This document shows positions 36,459 to 45,583 of a stretch of 64,000 bases of DNA, piece by piece. A program made the translations under genes and the position numbers. Under the pieces are notes generated by a model that was not told the DNA's origin, searched no databases, and saw nothing but the letters and a program-made list of their open reading frames with translations. Position 1 is the stretch's first letter, and each line of letters opens with the position of its first letter. This DNA comes from Candidatus Lernaella stagnicola (GTDB lineage: Bacteria; Lernaellota; Lernaellaia; Lernaellales; Lernaellaceae), in the NCBI GenBank assembly GCA_030765525.1, contig JAVCCK010000010.1:450441-514440 (forward strand), in the 5' to 3' direction.

Positions 36459-37727
36459 TCACGGCGTCAGACAGCACCGAAACCCGTCGTCGGCGTGGGC
36501 GTCGTCAGGCGGATGGTGGTGCAGCGAGGCCACCGATTCACCGTAGCCGATAAAGCGCCAACCGAAAAAAGGCAGCAGGGCCTGCCCATTGATGGGATTC
36601 ACGTTGAACGAGCCGCCGCGCAGCGCGCGGTCGGGCCAGCCGTCTTGCCAAAGCTCGTCGGTCCATTCGCTGACGTTGCCGGTCATGTCGTAGGCGCCGT
36701 ACGGGCTTTTGCACTTTGGGAAGCGGCCGGTCGGCGCCAGGGGGCGCGCGCCGATTTCCCGCGTGAAGGTGTTGCACACGCCGGAGTCGAACTCCCAGCC
36801 GTTGGGATACAACAGGCCGGCCGGGCCGCCGGCGGCCTTTTGCCATTCTGCGCCGGTGCACAGACGCTTACCGACCCGCTCGCAGGCCGCTTTCGCCTGG
36901 GACCAGCGGACCAATGTCCAGGGCACGACGCCCGCGCGGCTCGTGGCGGCCTTGTCGTGACCGCCATCCGGACTGGTCGCCGTGGCTTCGGGTCGCGAAC
37001 CCTCGTAGCGGTCAATGCAAAAGTCGCCGACTTCCACGACGCGGTCTTGTTCGCCGGAGAAAATATAGCGCTGCCCGCTGACGCGAAACACCGCCGGGCC
37101 CGCCGGCACGCGCACCATATCGCGGGGGCAACGAAAACGAGCGCGCGGCAAACGCTTGGGGGCGTCCGCCCAGCGAAAGCGGTTCTGGTCACCGATGGAA
37201 AAAGTGGGGTAACCAGGATGGTTTTCAGGTGGTCGCCCGGCCGCGTTATGCGCGGCCGTATGCGCGTTGATTAGTCGTCGGGAATCCCACAACGTGGCGT
37301 CCAACCGCCAATGATCGCCGCTACGCTGCCACTGGGTCGGGAACTCAAGGGCGTATGCGTAGCCGCCCAGCACGATCGACATGCGGACGGTAGCCAGGGC
37401 GCCCTCGCCATCGGCATCGACGGCGACCAGGTCGATCGAGCGCACCATGTCGCGGTAGGTTGTCGTCATGCCTTCGATCAGCCGGCGGTGAGGGTCGGGT
37501 TTGGACCCGCGCGCGGCAAACGCACTCTCCAAGCCTCGCAACCACCATTGGCGCTTGGCGTTTTCGGTCAGGTAGCCGCCGGCGGCGGTGAAGTCGTCGG
37601 CGACGATGGCGTCGCGCAAGTGCCGCAAGTCGCGGGCGATCTCACGCCGCGGCGAAGAGAAGAGGCCGCCGAGTAAAAGCAGCGCGCCCAGTACGAGGCC
37701 GCCGGTGAGGATTAGGCGATTTCGCAT
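36459..37727 (-). CDS. Membrane-anchored SUMF1/EgtB/PvdO (FGE-sulfatase fold) protein with N-terminal SnoaL/NTF2-like domain
   Basis: 'FCIDRYE', 'W.QAKAACERVGKRLCTGAEWQKA', 'SPYGAYDMTGNVSEW', 'RGGSF', 'GFRCC'. Confidence 0.8.
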   Translation of the reverse strand: MRNRLILTGGLVLGALLLLGGLFSSPRREIARDLRHLRDAIVADDFTAAGGYLTENAKRQWWLRGLESAFAARGSKPDPHRRLIEGMTTTYRDMVRSIDLVAVDADGEGALATVRMSIVLGGYAYALEFPTQWQRSGDHWRLDATLWDSRRLINAHTAAHNAAGRPPENHPGYPTFSIGDQNRFRWADAPKRLPRARFRCPRDMVRVPAGPAVFRVSGQRYIFSGEQDRVVEVGDFCIDRYEGSRPEATATSPDGGHDKAATSRAGVVPWTLVRWSQAKAACERVGKRLCTGAEWQKAAGGPAGLLYPNGWEFDSGVCNTFTREIGARPLAPTGRFPKCKSPYGAYDMTGNVSEWTDELWQDGWPDRALRGGSFNVNPINGQALLPFFGWRFIGYGESVASLHHHPPDDAHADDGFRCCLTP

Positions 37728-37728
37728 G

Positions 37729-39081
37729 TCACTGGCCTCGCAAGTTCCATTCGCCTTGGCAATAGATGCGGCGGTCGCGCTCGATGTTCGCCGTGGCGCC
37801 CGAATCGTGGTGGCCGATATCGACGGCGATGTCGCCCTTGCCGCAGTTGCGGGCCACGGCCTCGTCCCAAATCAAGCCGTCGCAAGCGGTGATGAAGCCG
37901 ATCAACACATTGCGGCGCGGGATACGCGAGAGGTCGAAACCAAACCACAGGCGAAGTTGCAGCGCCACCGCATCCCACATGAAGCGTAACGCGGCCGGGC
38001 GTAAGAAATGCGGTACGAGACGCAGGCCGAATTTGAGAGCGGGCCACCAGCGCCGCCGTCCGCCGCGGGTGTCGCGACGGAAGTCTTCTAATTTGCGGTC
38101 GAGGCCGTCCTTTTTGATGATCTCGAAAATCGTGCGGTAGCCGCCTCGGCCGTCGCGCACCAGTAAGTAATGTTGATTGTAAAAGCACTTGCGCAAACGG
38201 GTGATGTAGAGCAACGCGAAATAGAGCTTTTGAAAAACGCGAATGTCGTCGCGGTTGATGCGGCCGCCGGTTTGCTCCTCGAGCAGGTCGATCAACTCGT
38301 CGGGCGCCAGCACTTGGTCCTGATCGCCGTCGCGCTGGCGACCGAGCATGCGGCAGCCGAGGAAAAAGATTTCGCGCACAAAGGAATGCCGCACGCCGTA
38401 ATCGAACACTTCACCAAGGGCATGGTCATTGACGCCGCGACAAATCGTGCACTTGAGGTCGGTGGCCACGTCGAGCTTTTCCAGGTTGGCCAACCCCTTG
38501 CGCTTATTCTCCACCAGCGGCTGACCGCGAATGGCCGTGTAGATTTCGTCGGTGAAGCCGTCGAGACCGTAGTGGACTTCCGACAAGCCGGCCTCTTTGA
38601 GTACGCGCAAATATTCGTAGTCGGCGAGTTTGACGCCGTTGGTGTGCAACGAAGCGTAGTTGCCGCTTTCGGCAACGATGCGGATCATTTCCGGCAGGTC
38701 GTCGCGCACGGTGGGCTCGCAGCCCATCAGGTCGATCTTGTGTCGGCGGCGCGTGCGGACGAAATCGCGCAGTTGCTGCATCGGCAAATCGGGCAGGGCG
38801 CGATCATTGGCGCTGGCCAGGCAGATGGGACATTCGAGGTTGCAGCGGTCGGTGGTGCGCAGGATGAAATCGCGCTGCGGGAAGGATTCGTGCATCAGGT
38901 CGAAGTAGAAGCGGTGAAGGTCGGCCATGTAATCGGCGTGGCGCGAAAGCAAGGCTGAAACGAAGCCGTGATCGGGGCACGTTCGCTCGATGCGGAATTC
39001 GCCGTCGCGCACAACAATCTCGCCCGGCATCGGTTTGAGGCACGTGGGGCAGGTCGTGGTTGTATGTCGTAACACTTTCAT
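37729..39081 (-). CDS. Radical SAM protein of the Tes/GDGT-MAS (MJ0619)-like family
   Basis: N-terminal CPTC...CPDHG metal motif; 'TDRCNLECPICLA'; 'GCEPTVRDDL'; 'HTNG'; 'GLDG'; 'GVND'; C-terminal 'CD...WD...RNC'. Confidence 0.75.
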   Translation of the reverse strand: MKVLRHTTTTCPTCLKPMPGEIVVRDGEFRIERTCPDHGFVSALLSRHADYMADLHRFYFDLMHESFPQRDFILRTTDRCNLECPICLASANDRALPDLPMQQLRDFVRTRRRHKIDLMGCEPTVRDDLPEMIRIVAESGNYASLHTNGVKLADYEYLRVLKEAGLSEVHYGLDGFTDEIYTAIRGQPLVENKRKGLANLEKLDVATDLKCTICRGVNDHALGEVFDYGVRHSFVREIFFLGCRMLGRQRDGDQDQVLAPDELIDLLEEQTGGRINRDDIRVFQKLYFALLYITRLRKCFYNQHYLLVRDGRGGYRTIFEIIKKDGLDRKLEDFRRDTRGGRRRWWPALKFGLRLVPHFLRPAALRFMWDAVALQLRLWFGFDLSRIPRRNVLIGFITACDGLIWDEAVARNCGKGDIAVDIGHHDSGATANIERDRRIYCQGEWNLRGQ

Positions 39082-39123
39082 TTTGGCGATCTTAACACAA
39101 ACCGGGGCGACGCACAGGCATGT

Positions 39124-40116
39124 CTAATTGACGGGCGCGTTCGGTTCGGACGTGGGGTCCAAAGTGTCTTCGTCGTCCGGCGGTGGGATCTGACGCCGGT
39201 CGATCATGTAATTTGAACCGTCTTTTTGTTTGACCTTTTTTTTGATTTCGTTCGCCGCCGCGGAGAACTGGCCGAAATGGTCGTAGTCGTTGCGCGTGGA
39301 ATCAATACCGGCGATGGAGAGGCTGATCAGCGGAAAACGCCGTGAATTACCCTGGCGATCGACAGATTCGATGTAACCGCGCATGCGGTCTTCATCGTCG
39401 TAGAAGGTCGCCGCCAGCATGTCGTAGTGGACGAGGACTTGCTGGAAAATCGGCTCGCACACCGCCGGATTGACGATCAACACGAAATCGTCGCCCCCGA
39501 TGTGCCCAACGAAACCCTGGCTGTTGGGAAAGTTGCGCACGGTGTTAACCAATACACGTGCCGTCATGCGAATGACTTCATCGCCGCGGGAAAAACCGTA
39601 ACGATCGTTGAAGGGTTTGAAATTGTCGATGTCCACGTGTGCGAAACAAAACGGCATGCGTTGATCGATACGATTCTGTAGCGTCTTAATAATCGTAAAA
39701 TTGCCCGGTAGGCGAGACAAGGGATTGGCGTCCAGATACCGGCCAGACTTGTCCATCGCCAAGCGCACGCGCAGCCGCAGGTCTTCCAAATCAATCGGCA
39801 AGGCCGTGTAATCGTCGATGGGAATGTCGGTGAACGAGGTCTCCGGACGAAGCTGCGCCGGCTCGAAAAGGCACAACACGGCAAGATGGCCGAATACGGT
39901 GTCGTTCTTCAACGTGTTTAAAAACATTTTCCAGTTCTCGCCCTGGGCCGCCAGAATGATCAAATCGGGAGGATCGTTGTATATTTGGCTGAGCGCCATA
40001 TTCGGCGAGGAAAAGAGGTAGCCGAAGTAATCTTCGGTTACCAACATCGCGACGATTTCTTGTCCGCGGTCTTCGTTTGGATCAACCACCAGAATTCGTT
40101 TGCGGACGCGTTCCAT
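39124..40116 (-). CDS. Diguanylate cyclase with pseudo-receiver domain
   Basis: 'DANPLSRLPGN', 'DIDNFKPFNDRYGFSRGDEVI', 'GHIGGDDF'. REC-like N-terminus 'PDLIILA'. Confidence 0.88.
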   Translation of the reverse strand: MERVRKRILVVDPNEDRGQEIVAMLVTEDYFGYLFSSPNMALSQIYNDPPDLIILAAQGENWKMFLNTLKNDTVFGHLAVLCLFEPAQLRPETSFTDIPIDDYTALPIDLEDLRLRVRLAMDKSGRYLDANPLSRLPGNFTIIKTLQNRIDQRMPFCFAHVDIDNFKPFNDRYGFSRGDEVIRMTARVLVNTVRNFPNSQGFVGHIGGDDFVLIVNPAVCEPIFQQVLVHYDMLAATFYDDEDRMRGYIESVDRQGNSRRFPLISLSIAGIDSTRNDYDHFGQFSAAANEIKKKVKQKDGSNYMIDRRQIPPPDDEDTLDPTSEPNAPVN

Positions 40117-40144
40117 GGCAGGCCCCTTCCGCCGCTGCGGTCAA

Positions 40145-40969
40145 CTATTCGCCCAGTGACTCCAGCTCCGGCTCGAGCTTCTCGACAATGGCGACAAGTT
40201 GCTCGCGGCTGATGGATACGCGTTCGGTGACGGCCGGATTGATTTTTTCGACGGGTGCGTTCGGTTCGGCACCCTGGCCCATGGCTTTGACCATGTTGTC
40301 GCCGATGAACACTACGGCGGTCGCCAACTCAGCGTAAGTGGCCAGTTCCGGCGTATGGTGGAAACTCATTGGCGCGGCAAGGCGCTGCGGTAGGTTCCAT
40401 CGTTCGCACAACCAGAGCGCTACATCCGAGTGCGTAAACCCGATCATGGATTGCTCGGCAATGACGATGGGGCGACCTTTTTTCGATGCCGCCTGAATCA
40501 CCGTCTGGTAGACCTCGGGTTCCATGATCATTAGGACGACCTTGCCGATATCGTGCAGCAACCCGGCCATGCCGATTTCTTCGGCGTTGGGAAGGTTCAT
40601 TTGTTTACATATGATACCCGTGGCCTTGGAAACGGCCAGCGAGTGCTTCCATAACGGACGCCATTTGTCGGCCATGACGTCGAAGACGCTGGCCGATAGA
40701 ATCAATCCCTTGACAACATCGTAGCCGAGCAACACCAAAGCGTGGGTTACCGTCGATATACGTCCCGGAAAGCCGTAAAAGGCGCTGTTGACCAGCTTGA
40801 GGATCTTCATTGCCAGCATCTGGTCTTTGCCGATGGTGTCGCCGATTTGACTCATCGAGATGCGAGGATCCGTGGCCATCTCGTTGAATTTGTCGAGAAT
40901 GCCCGGAAAGGCCGGCAAGTTCTGAAGATTGTCCAGGCGGCTACGAAATGCTTTTTCATCGATGAGCAT
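40145..40969 (-). CDS. HDOD domain protein
   Basis: 'LPAFP', 'DQMLAMKILKLVNSAFYG', 'LWKHSLAV', 'GLLHDIGK', 'H..VALWLCERWNLP', 'FHH.P'. Confidence 0.92.
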   Translation of the reverse strand: MLIDEKAFRSRLDNLQNLPAFPGILDKFNEMATDPRISMSQIGDTIGKDQMLAMKILKLVNSAFYGFPGRISTVTHALVLLGYDVVKGLILSASVFDVMADKWRPLWKHSLAVSKATGIICKQMNLPNAEEIGMAGLLHDIGKVVLMIMEPEVYQTVIQAASKKGRPIVIAEQSMIGFTHSDVALWLCERWNLPQRLAAPMSFHHTPELATYAELATAVVFIGDNMVKAMGQGAEPNAPVEKINPAVTERVSISREQLVAIVEKLEPELESLGE

Positions 40970-40970
40970 G

Positions 40971-41270
40971 CTATTTCACCCGCTGATCTACGCGTTCGAG
41001 AAGAAGCTCTTTCAAATCCTGCCAGAGGGTGGATTTGCCGGCCCGGGCAAAGCGAGCCTCGATCTTTTTCTTCATTTGCTCCGCTAGCGCCTTGTCAACG
41101 GGGTCGTCGGATTCGATCCAGACGACTTCGATTTCCATCTTTTCGAACCTGCGCAGCAAGCGCTCGGTCAATTCCGAGCCCACCGCGGCGAGAGTAACAC
41201 CGGTTTCATTAACGACCGGCTGCGCCAGCACCATGCCGGCCCCAGCCTGGGTCAAGGGTATTTTCCGCAA
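40971..41270 (-). CDS. Small protein resembling the N-terminal module of HD-GYP/HDOD partners
   Basis: TTG start after AAGGGG; 'GMVLAQPVVNETGVTLAAVGSELTERLLRRF'. Confidence 0.7.
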   Translation of the reverse strand: MRKIPLTQAGAGMVLAQPVVNETGVTLAAVGSELTERLLRRFEKMEIEVVWIESDDPVDKALAEQMKKKIEARFARAGKSTLWQDLKELLLERVDQRVK

Positions 41271-41818
41271 AGCTGTTCCCCTTAACAAAGAAGCTCCGAT
41301 TCGGTCGCGTGGGTGAGGGAAAAGCAATCGCTTTTCGCGACGAATCGCCGATGACAATACCGTTTCCCGGATCGATTTTCAAACCCATTCTTTCGATTTC
41401 GACCCACCAATGTAATACCGCACACCACGACCCTTTCCGATGAGATCGCTAGTATTTATTAAGCGAAGCGATATGTAGCACAAAGCCGCCGCGTTGAAAA
41501 CTCGCGATTTGAACCGAAGCTAAAACACCGCGACCGGTAGAGCGGCAGTTACCACACACATCGCCGGTCCAAACGGTTTGACTCTCCGCCGCGAGCGGCG
41601 CTTCACGCGATAATACCGGCGATACCACCACACCCTTTCTTGACGATGAAAGACGAACGCGGGCCGGGATGCCGGCCGGAAACACCGCCCGGCTTGCTCG
41701 GTTTCCGACCTTCTGGTAGACAGAAGCGACATTTTTGCGGTCGGAGTGTATTCTTTGAACCCGCGGGCGAGGCCCCGGGTCGAAAAGGTTGCCGTAAAAA
41801 CTGAAGGTTAGGGTCTGT

Positions 41819-43552
41819 ATGGCACACCGCATTCTGGGAATCGACATTGGGCACACGGAAATCAAAGCCGTGCTGGCCGAAGTAACGTGGCGCGCCACGA
41901 CCGTCTTGGGCGCGTACGTGGAGCGCGTTCCGTCTGCTGAAGAAGTTCAACATCGCCTGTTACCCACCGAACTTGAACCCGAGACCGAGCCCGCCACGGA
42001 CGACGAAAGTGAAGGCGAAAATTCCGTACGCGACGGAGAAACCGACGCGCCGAGTGAACCGCCGCCACCGTGGGTGTACGCCGTCGGCGACATGCTCAAG
42101 AAACATCGGCTGGAGTTCAACGAAGTCCACGTAACCATGCCGGGCACCGCGGTGACGACGCGGATCATGACGCTGCCCTTTTCCAACCGGCGGCGCCTAG
42201 AGCAGGTTCTGCCCTTCGAATTGGAAAACCACGTCCCCTTCGACTTGGACGAAATGCACGTATCCTTCGAGGTTCTGGATAAGGACCCGCAGGGCGGTTT
42301 CCGCGTGCTGGTTGTGCTGACGCCCAACACGGAGTTGGCGCGGTATGTCGGCCACATCGCCGCGGCGGGGATTGATCCGAAAGTCATCGACGTGAGCCCC
42401 TACACCCTCTTCACCGCCGCCAAGTTGGCGTTGCCGGACGAAATGGGGGCGATCGCGCTCGTGGATTTGGGCGCCACGCACACCGACGTGGCCATTCTCA
42501 ACGAAGGCGAACTTGTGGATTTGCGGTCGATTCCCATCGGCTCGCAACGATTCGATCACGAGTTGGCGCGGGCGATGAAGAAAGACCTGAGCGAAGCGGA
42601 AAAAACGAAAATCGAAAAAGCCGACCTCACTGCCGGCGGCAGCGGGAACGATGTCTTGCGCCGGGCGACGGGGTCCTTAATCAGCCGGTTGCGACAGACC
42701 CTACAGGGCGTGCGCACCGAAACCGGCGTTGAAGTCACCCGTATATATCTAACCGGTCGCGGATCGCTACTCTTGGGTTTGCCTCACTTTCTCGGCGAGC
42801 AACTCACGGTGGAAGTCGACCGGCTCAACGCGTTGGCGAGCGATTTGCCGGTTTCGATCGACGCGAAAGACCCGGCCGACCAGGGGCGTTACGCGGCCCC
42901 CTTGGCGCTGGTCAGTCGCGGCCTCGGCGAGTTGCGCGACATCAAGCTCAACCTGCGGCATGGCCCATTCGTGTATCAACGACAGCAACTCGCGCTGCAG
43001 TCGTCGATTCGCAGCATCGCGATCGTTGCCGGTATCGTGCTGGTGTTGTTGCTCTACAACGTTGTCGCAGGCCACTTACAGAAAAAGCGGCAACACGAAG
43101 CGTTGCAGCAGCAAGTCGTTGCGCTGTACCTCAAAGCGTTCCCGGGCAGCGTGCCGCCGGTGCGACCGCTCGAGCAGTTCAAGGGACAGATCAGCAAGAC
43201 CGTGGCCAAGCACAAAACCGTCGGATTCCTGGGCGAAGATAATTTGCGCGCCATCGACATCCTCAAAGCCATGAGCGAGCACATTCCGCCCGGCGTGACG
43301 GTCGATATCAAGAAATTCGACTTGACGCCCGAGGCGATCAAGATTGAGGGAGAGGTGCCGTCCTTTCCCGATGTGGACCGCATCGAGGAATCGCTGAAGA
43401 AGTTCAGCGGATTCAAAAGCGTGAAGAAAGAAACCAGCAGCACGGTGTCGGAAAAAGTGAAATTCAAGTTCCACATCGGGCTCGTACAGAAAAAGGGCGG
43501 GAAAAGCAAAACGAAAAAGCCCGCCATGACCACGCCGGTGGTGACGCCATGA
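41819..43552 (+). CDS. gspL: Type II secretion GspL (PilM-like actin fold plus PilN-like periplasmic part)
   Basis: 'ILGIDIGHTEIKAV', 'LPFELENHVPF', 'LVDLGATHT', 'IYLTGRGS', 'LNLRHGPF', TM helix, 'IEGEVPSFPDVDRI'. Confidence 0.8.
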   Translation: MAHRILGIDIGHTEIKAVLAEVTWRATTVLGAYVERVPSAEEVQHRLLPTELEPETEPATDDESEGENSVRDGETDAPSEPPPPWVYAVGDMLKKHRLEFNEVHVTMPGTAVTTRIMTLPFSNRRRLEQVLPFELENHVPFDLDEMHVSFEVLDKDPQGGFRVLVVLTPNTELARYVGHIAAAGIDPKVIDVSPYTLFTAAKLALPDEMGAIALVDLGATHTDVAILNEGELVDLRSIPIGSQRFDHELARAMKKDLSEAEKTKIEKADLTAGGSGNDVLRRATGSLISRLRQTLQGVRTETGVEVTRIYLTGRGSLLLGLPHFLGEQLTVEVDRLNALASDLPVSIDAKDPADQGRYAAPLALVSRGLGELRDIKLNLRHGPFVYQRQQLALQSSIRSIAIVAGIVLVLLLYNVVAGHLQKKRQHEALQQQVVALYLKAFPGSVPPVRPLEQFKGQISKTVAKHKTVGFLGEDNLRAIDILKAMSEHIPPGVTVDIKKFDLTPEAIKIEGEVPSFPDVDRIEESLKKFSGFKSVKKETSSTVSEKVKFKFHIGLVQKKGGKSKTKKPAMTTPVVTP

Positions 43553-44085
43553 GTTTCAACCTGAACCTGGATGATCGGCAACGTAAGATCGCGCTTTTCG
43601 GCGGCGCGGGCGTGGCGGTGTTGTTGTTCGTGTGGATCGTTGTACTGCCCAAGTTCGGCGTCGGCGGCCTGGATTCAACAATCGACACGAAGGAAAGCGA
43701 GCTGCGCGAGATGGTGCGGCTCTATCAGAATTTCGAGCAGATCAAAAGCGACGTGACGCTCATCGAAAAGAAGATCGCCCGCAATGAGAGTATGTCGCTG
43801 CTTTCGGAATTGTCGGCCATCGCCGACAAAGTGGGCATCACCCAGGGCATCGACTCGATGGTCTCGAAGCAGAGACCGAAAAACGATTTCTACAAAGAAG
43901 AAGCGGTCGAGATACGGTTGCAGAAAATCAACTTGGAAGAGTTGGGCCGTCTCTTGTACGAGATCGAACATTCCACCCAATTGCTACGGGTTCGAAAACT
44001 GCACGTCGAAAGCCGCTTTGACGACAACAGCTTGCTTAACGTGACTGTCGAGGTCTCGACCTTCAAGGAGCGCGAGGAAGAGTAA
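43549..44085 (+). CDS. gspM: Type II secretion GspM-like protein
   Basis: N-terminal TM, coiled coil, 'EEAVEIRLQKINLEELGRLLYEIE...LRVRKL'; overlaps the gspL stop. Confidence 0.75.
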   Translation: MSFNLNLDDRQRKIALFGGAGVAVLLFVWIVVLPKFGVGGLDSTIDTKESELREMVRLYQNFEQIKSDVTLIEKKIARNESMSLLSELSAIADKVGITQGIDSMVSKQRPKNDFYKEEAVEIRLQKINLEELGRLLYEIEHSTQLLRVRKLHVESRFDDNSLLNVTVEVSTFKEREEE

Positions 44086-44112
44086 CTCTTTCAGCGCCAC
44101 CTCGAACGCCCG

Positions 44113-44646
44113 CTAAAACTGAAAACCGAATTGGGCGTAAACCCCTTTGTTCCGCGGCGTGATATAAAGAATCGGCTCGACGCCGTATTTCTCCTGCAAG
44201 TATTTCTTGTACCGTTTTTCCGCGCCGCTGGGCCAACCTGTGAAATACACGCCCGGGGCGATCAACCCCGCGCCGATCACCAGGCCGCCCGCCATGATGT
44301 AATCGCCGGTCTCATCGTTGTACAGACCGATGGCCCCTTGAAAAATGCCCGCCGCCAAACCACCGCCGAAAAGAACGGCGCCCGGAATGAACAACGCCAG
44401 CCCCAGCGTCTTGCGGCGCTTTTTCGCTGCGGCCGCCTGGTTGTACAGGCGCAGCATCTCCAAATCGTTTTCCATCTGGTTCCGGACACCTTCTGGGTAG
44501 TGCCACATGATCGGGCCCTGTCGCTTCGCCATTTGGGTCACGCCGACGTGGGCGTCGGTATCCGGAGAGTCAGCCGCCAGAACGCGAGGCGCGACCGGCG
44601 CGACCAACCAGCAAACAACGAGCAACAACGAGACAGTCCGACGCAT
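44113..44646 (-). CDS. Hypothetical exported/outer-membrane protein
   Basis: Signal peptide, two Gly-rich hydrophobic helices, terminal 'QFGFQF'. Confidence 0.55.
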   Translation of the reverse strand: MRRTVSLLLVVCWLVAPVAPRVLAADSPDTDAHVGVTQMAKRQGPIMWHYPEGVRNQMENDLEMLRLYNQAAAAKKRRKTLGLALFIPGAVLFGGGLAAGIFQGAIGLYNDETGDYIMAGGLVIGAGLIAPGVYFTGWPSGAEKRYKKYLQEKYGVEPILYITPRNKGVYAQFGFQF

Positions 44647-44665
44647 CAACAGGCCTCCGATCGGC

Positions 44666-45580
44666 TTATCGACCGAGCCCTTCGCCCGGCCGAATGGTTT
44701 CGTTCCACTTTGCATAAATCAATTCGGACATCAAACGGTGCCCCGCGACGCCCATGTGCATGCCATCGGCTAAATATAACGTCGCCCCGTGCGGATACGC
44801 AGCCACGGCGGGGTACGTGTCGACAACGACCACGCCGAATCGCTCCGCGGCGCGCCGGAGGCCGTCCAAACGACGGGCGAATTCCTCAGCCTGCAACTCC
44901 GGCCAGATTTTTGCGTGAAAGCCGAAAATGCCCGCGTGAATCGGGTGGCACGTGAACACCATCGTCGGCACGTCAGCCTCCTGCAACGCGGCAAACATCT
45001 CGGTGAGGGCGGCGAGAAAATCAGCCTCATCGACCATCACCCGCGGTCGGTTTTGCGCGTCGACATGAAAAATGCGCCCATCGTTAATCAAGTAGCCGAT
45101 GATGACCAATTGCGGTTTCAGAGACAAAACATCGCGCGCCAGCCTTCGGCGCCCATCTGGGGCGATTTCGCCCGGATTGCCGGCATTAACAACGCGCACT
45201 TCGCCTTCGATTCGAGGGCGCAGGGCTTGTTCGAACAAATGGGGCCAAGCGGTATCGGGTGGAATCATCACGCCGGCCGTCGTCGAATCGCCCAACGCGA
45301 CGACCAGGTAATCCACCCGCGCACCGCGAGCTTGGAAAGAACGTAAATCCGGCGGCGGATCATCACGACGCAGCATGCTCATCCATCCCCGGGCCAGTTT
45401 CCACGTCGGCGGCCAATCGCGAAGTCCCTCGGGCAGGCCCTGAAAAAGCCCCAGAGTCACCATCCCCGCGGCTTGCGGGAAGCGGAAGGAGACCGCCGCC
45501 AACAAAGCGGTCGCGAGCGCGGCGATCACCAGCACGGTTATCAACGCGGCGATCGCCAGACGTCGGAGCCGTCGAGGCAC
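44666..45580 (-). CDS. SGNH/GDSL hydrolase
   Basis: Block I 'ALGDSTT', II 'NAGNPG', III 'YLIND', V 'DGMHM..AGH'. Confidence 0.88.
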   Translation of the reverse strand: MPRRLRRLAIAALITVLVIAALATALLAAVSFRFPQAAGMVTLGLFQGLPEGLRDWPPTWKLARGWMSMLRRDDPPPDLRSFQARGARVDYLVVALGDSTTAGVMIPPDTAWPHLFEQALRPRIEGEVRVVNAGNPGEIAPDGRRRLARDVLSLKPQLVIIGYLINDGRIFHVDAQNRPRVMVDEADFLAALTEMFAALQEADVPTMVFTCHPIHAGIFGFHAKIWPELQAEEFARRLDGLRRAAERFGVVVVDTYPAVAAYPHGATLYLADGMHMGVAGHRLMSELIYAKWNETIRPGEGLGR

Positions 45581-45583
45581 GGG

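Noticed and set aside
36459..37727. FGE-fold gene as the maturase for the two sulfatase-like proteins
   Set aside because: It lacks the catalytic Cys pair, and the targets have Thr, which cannot become formylglycine.
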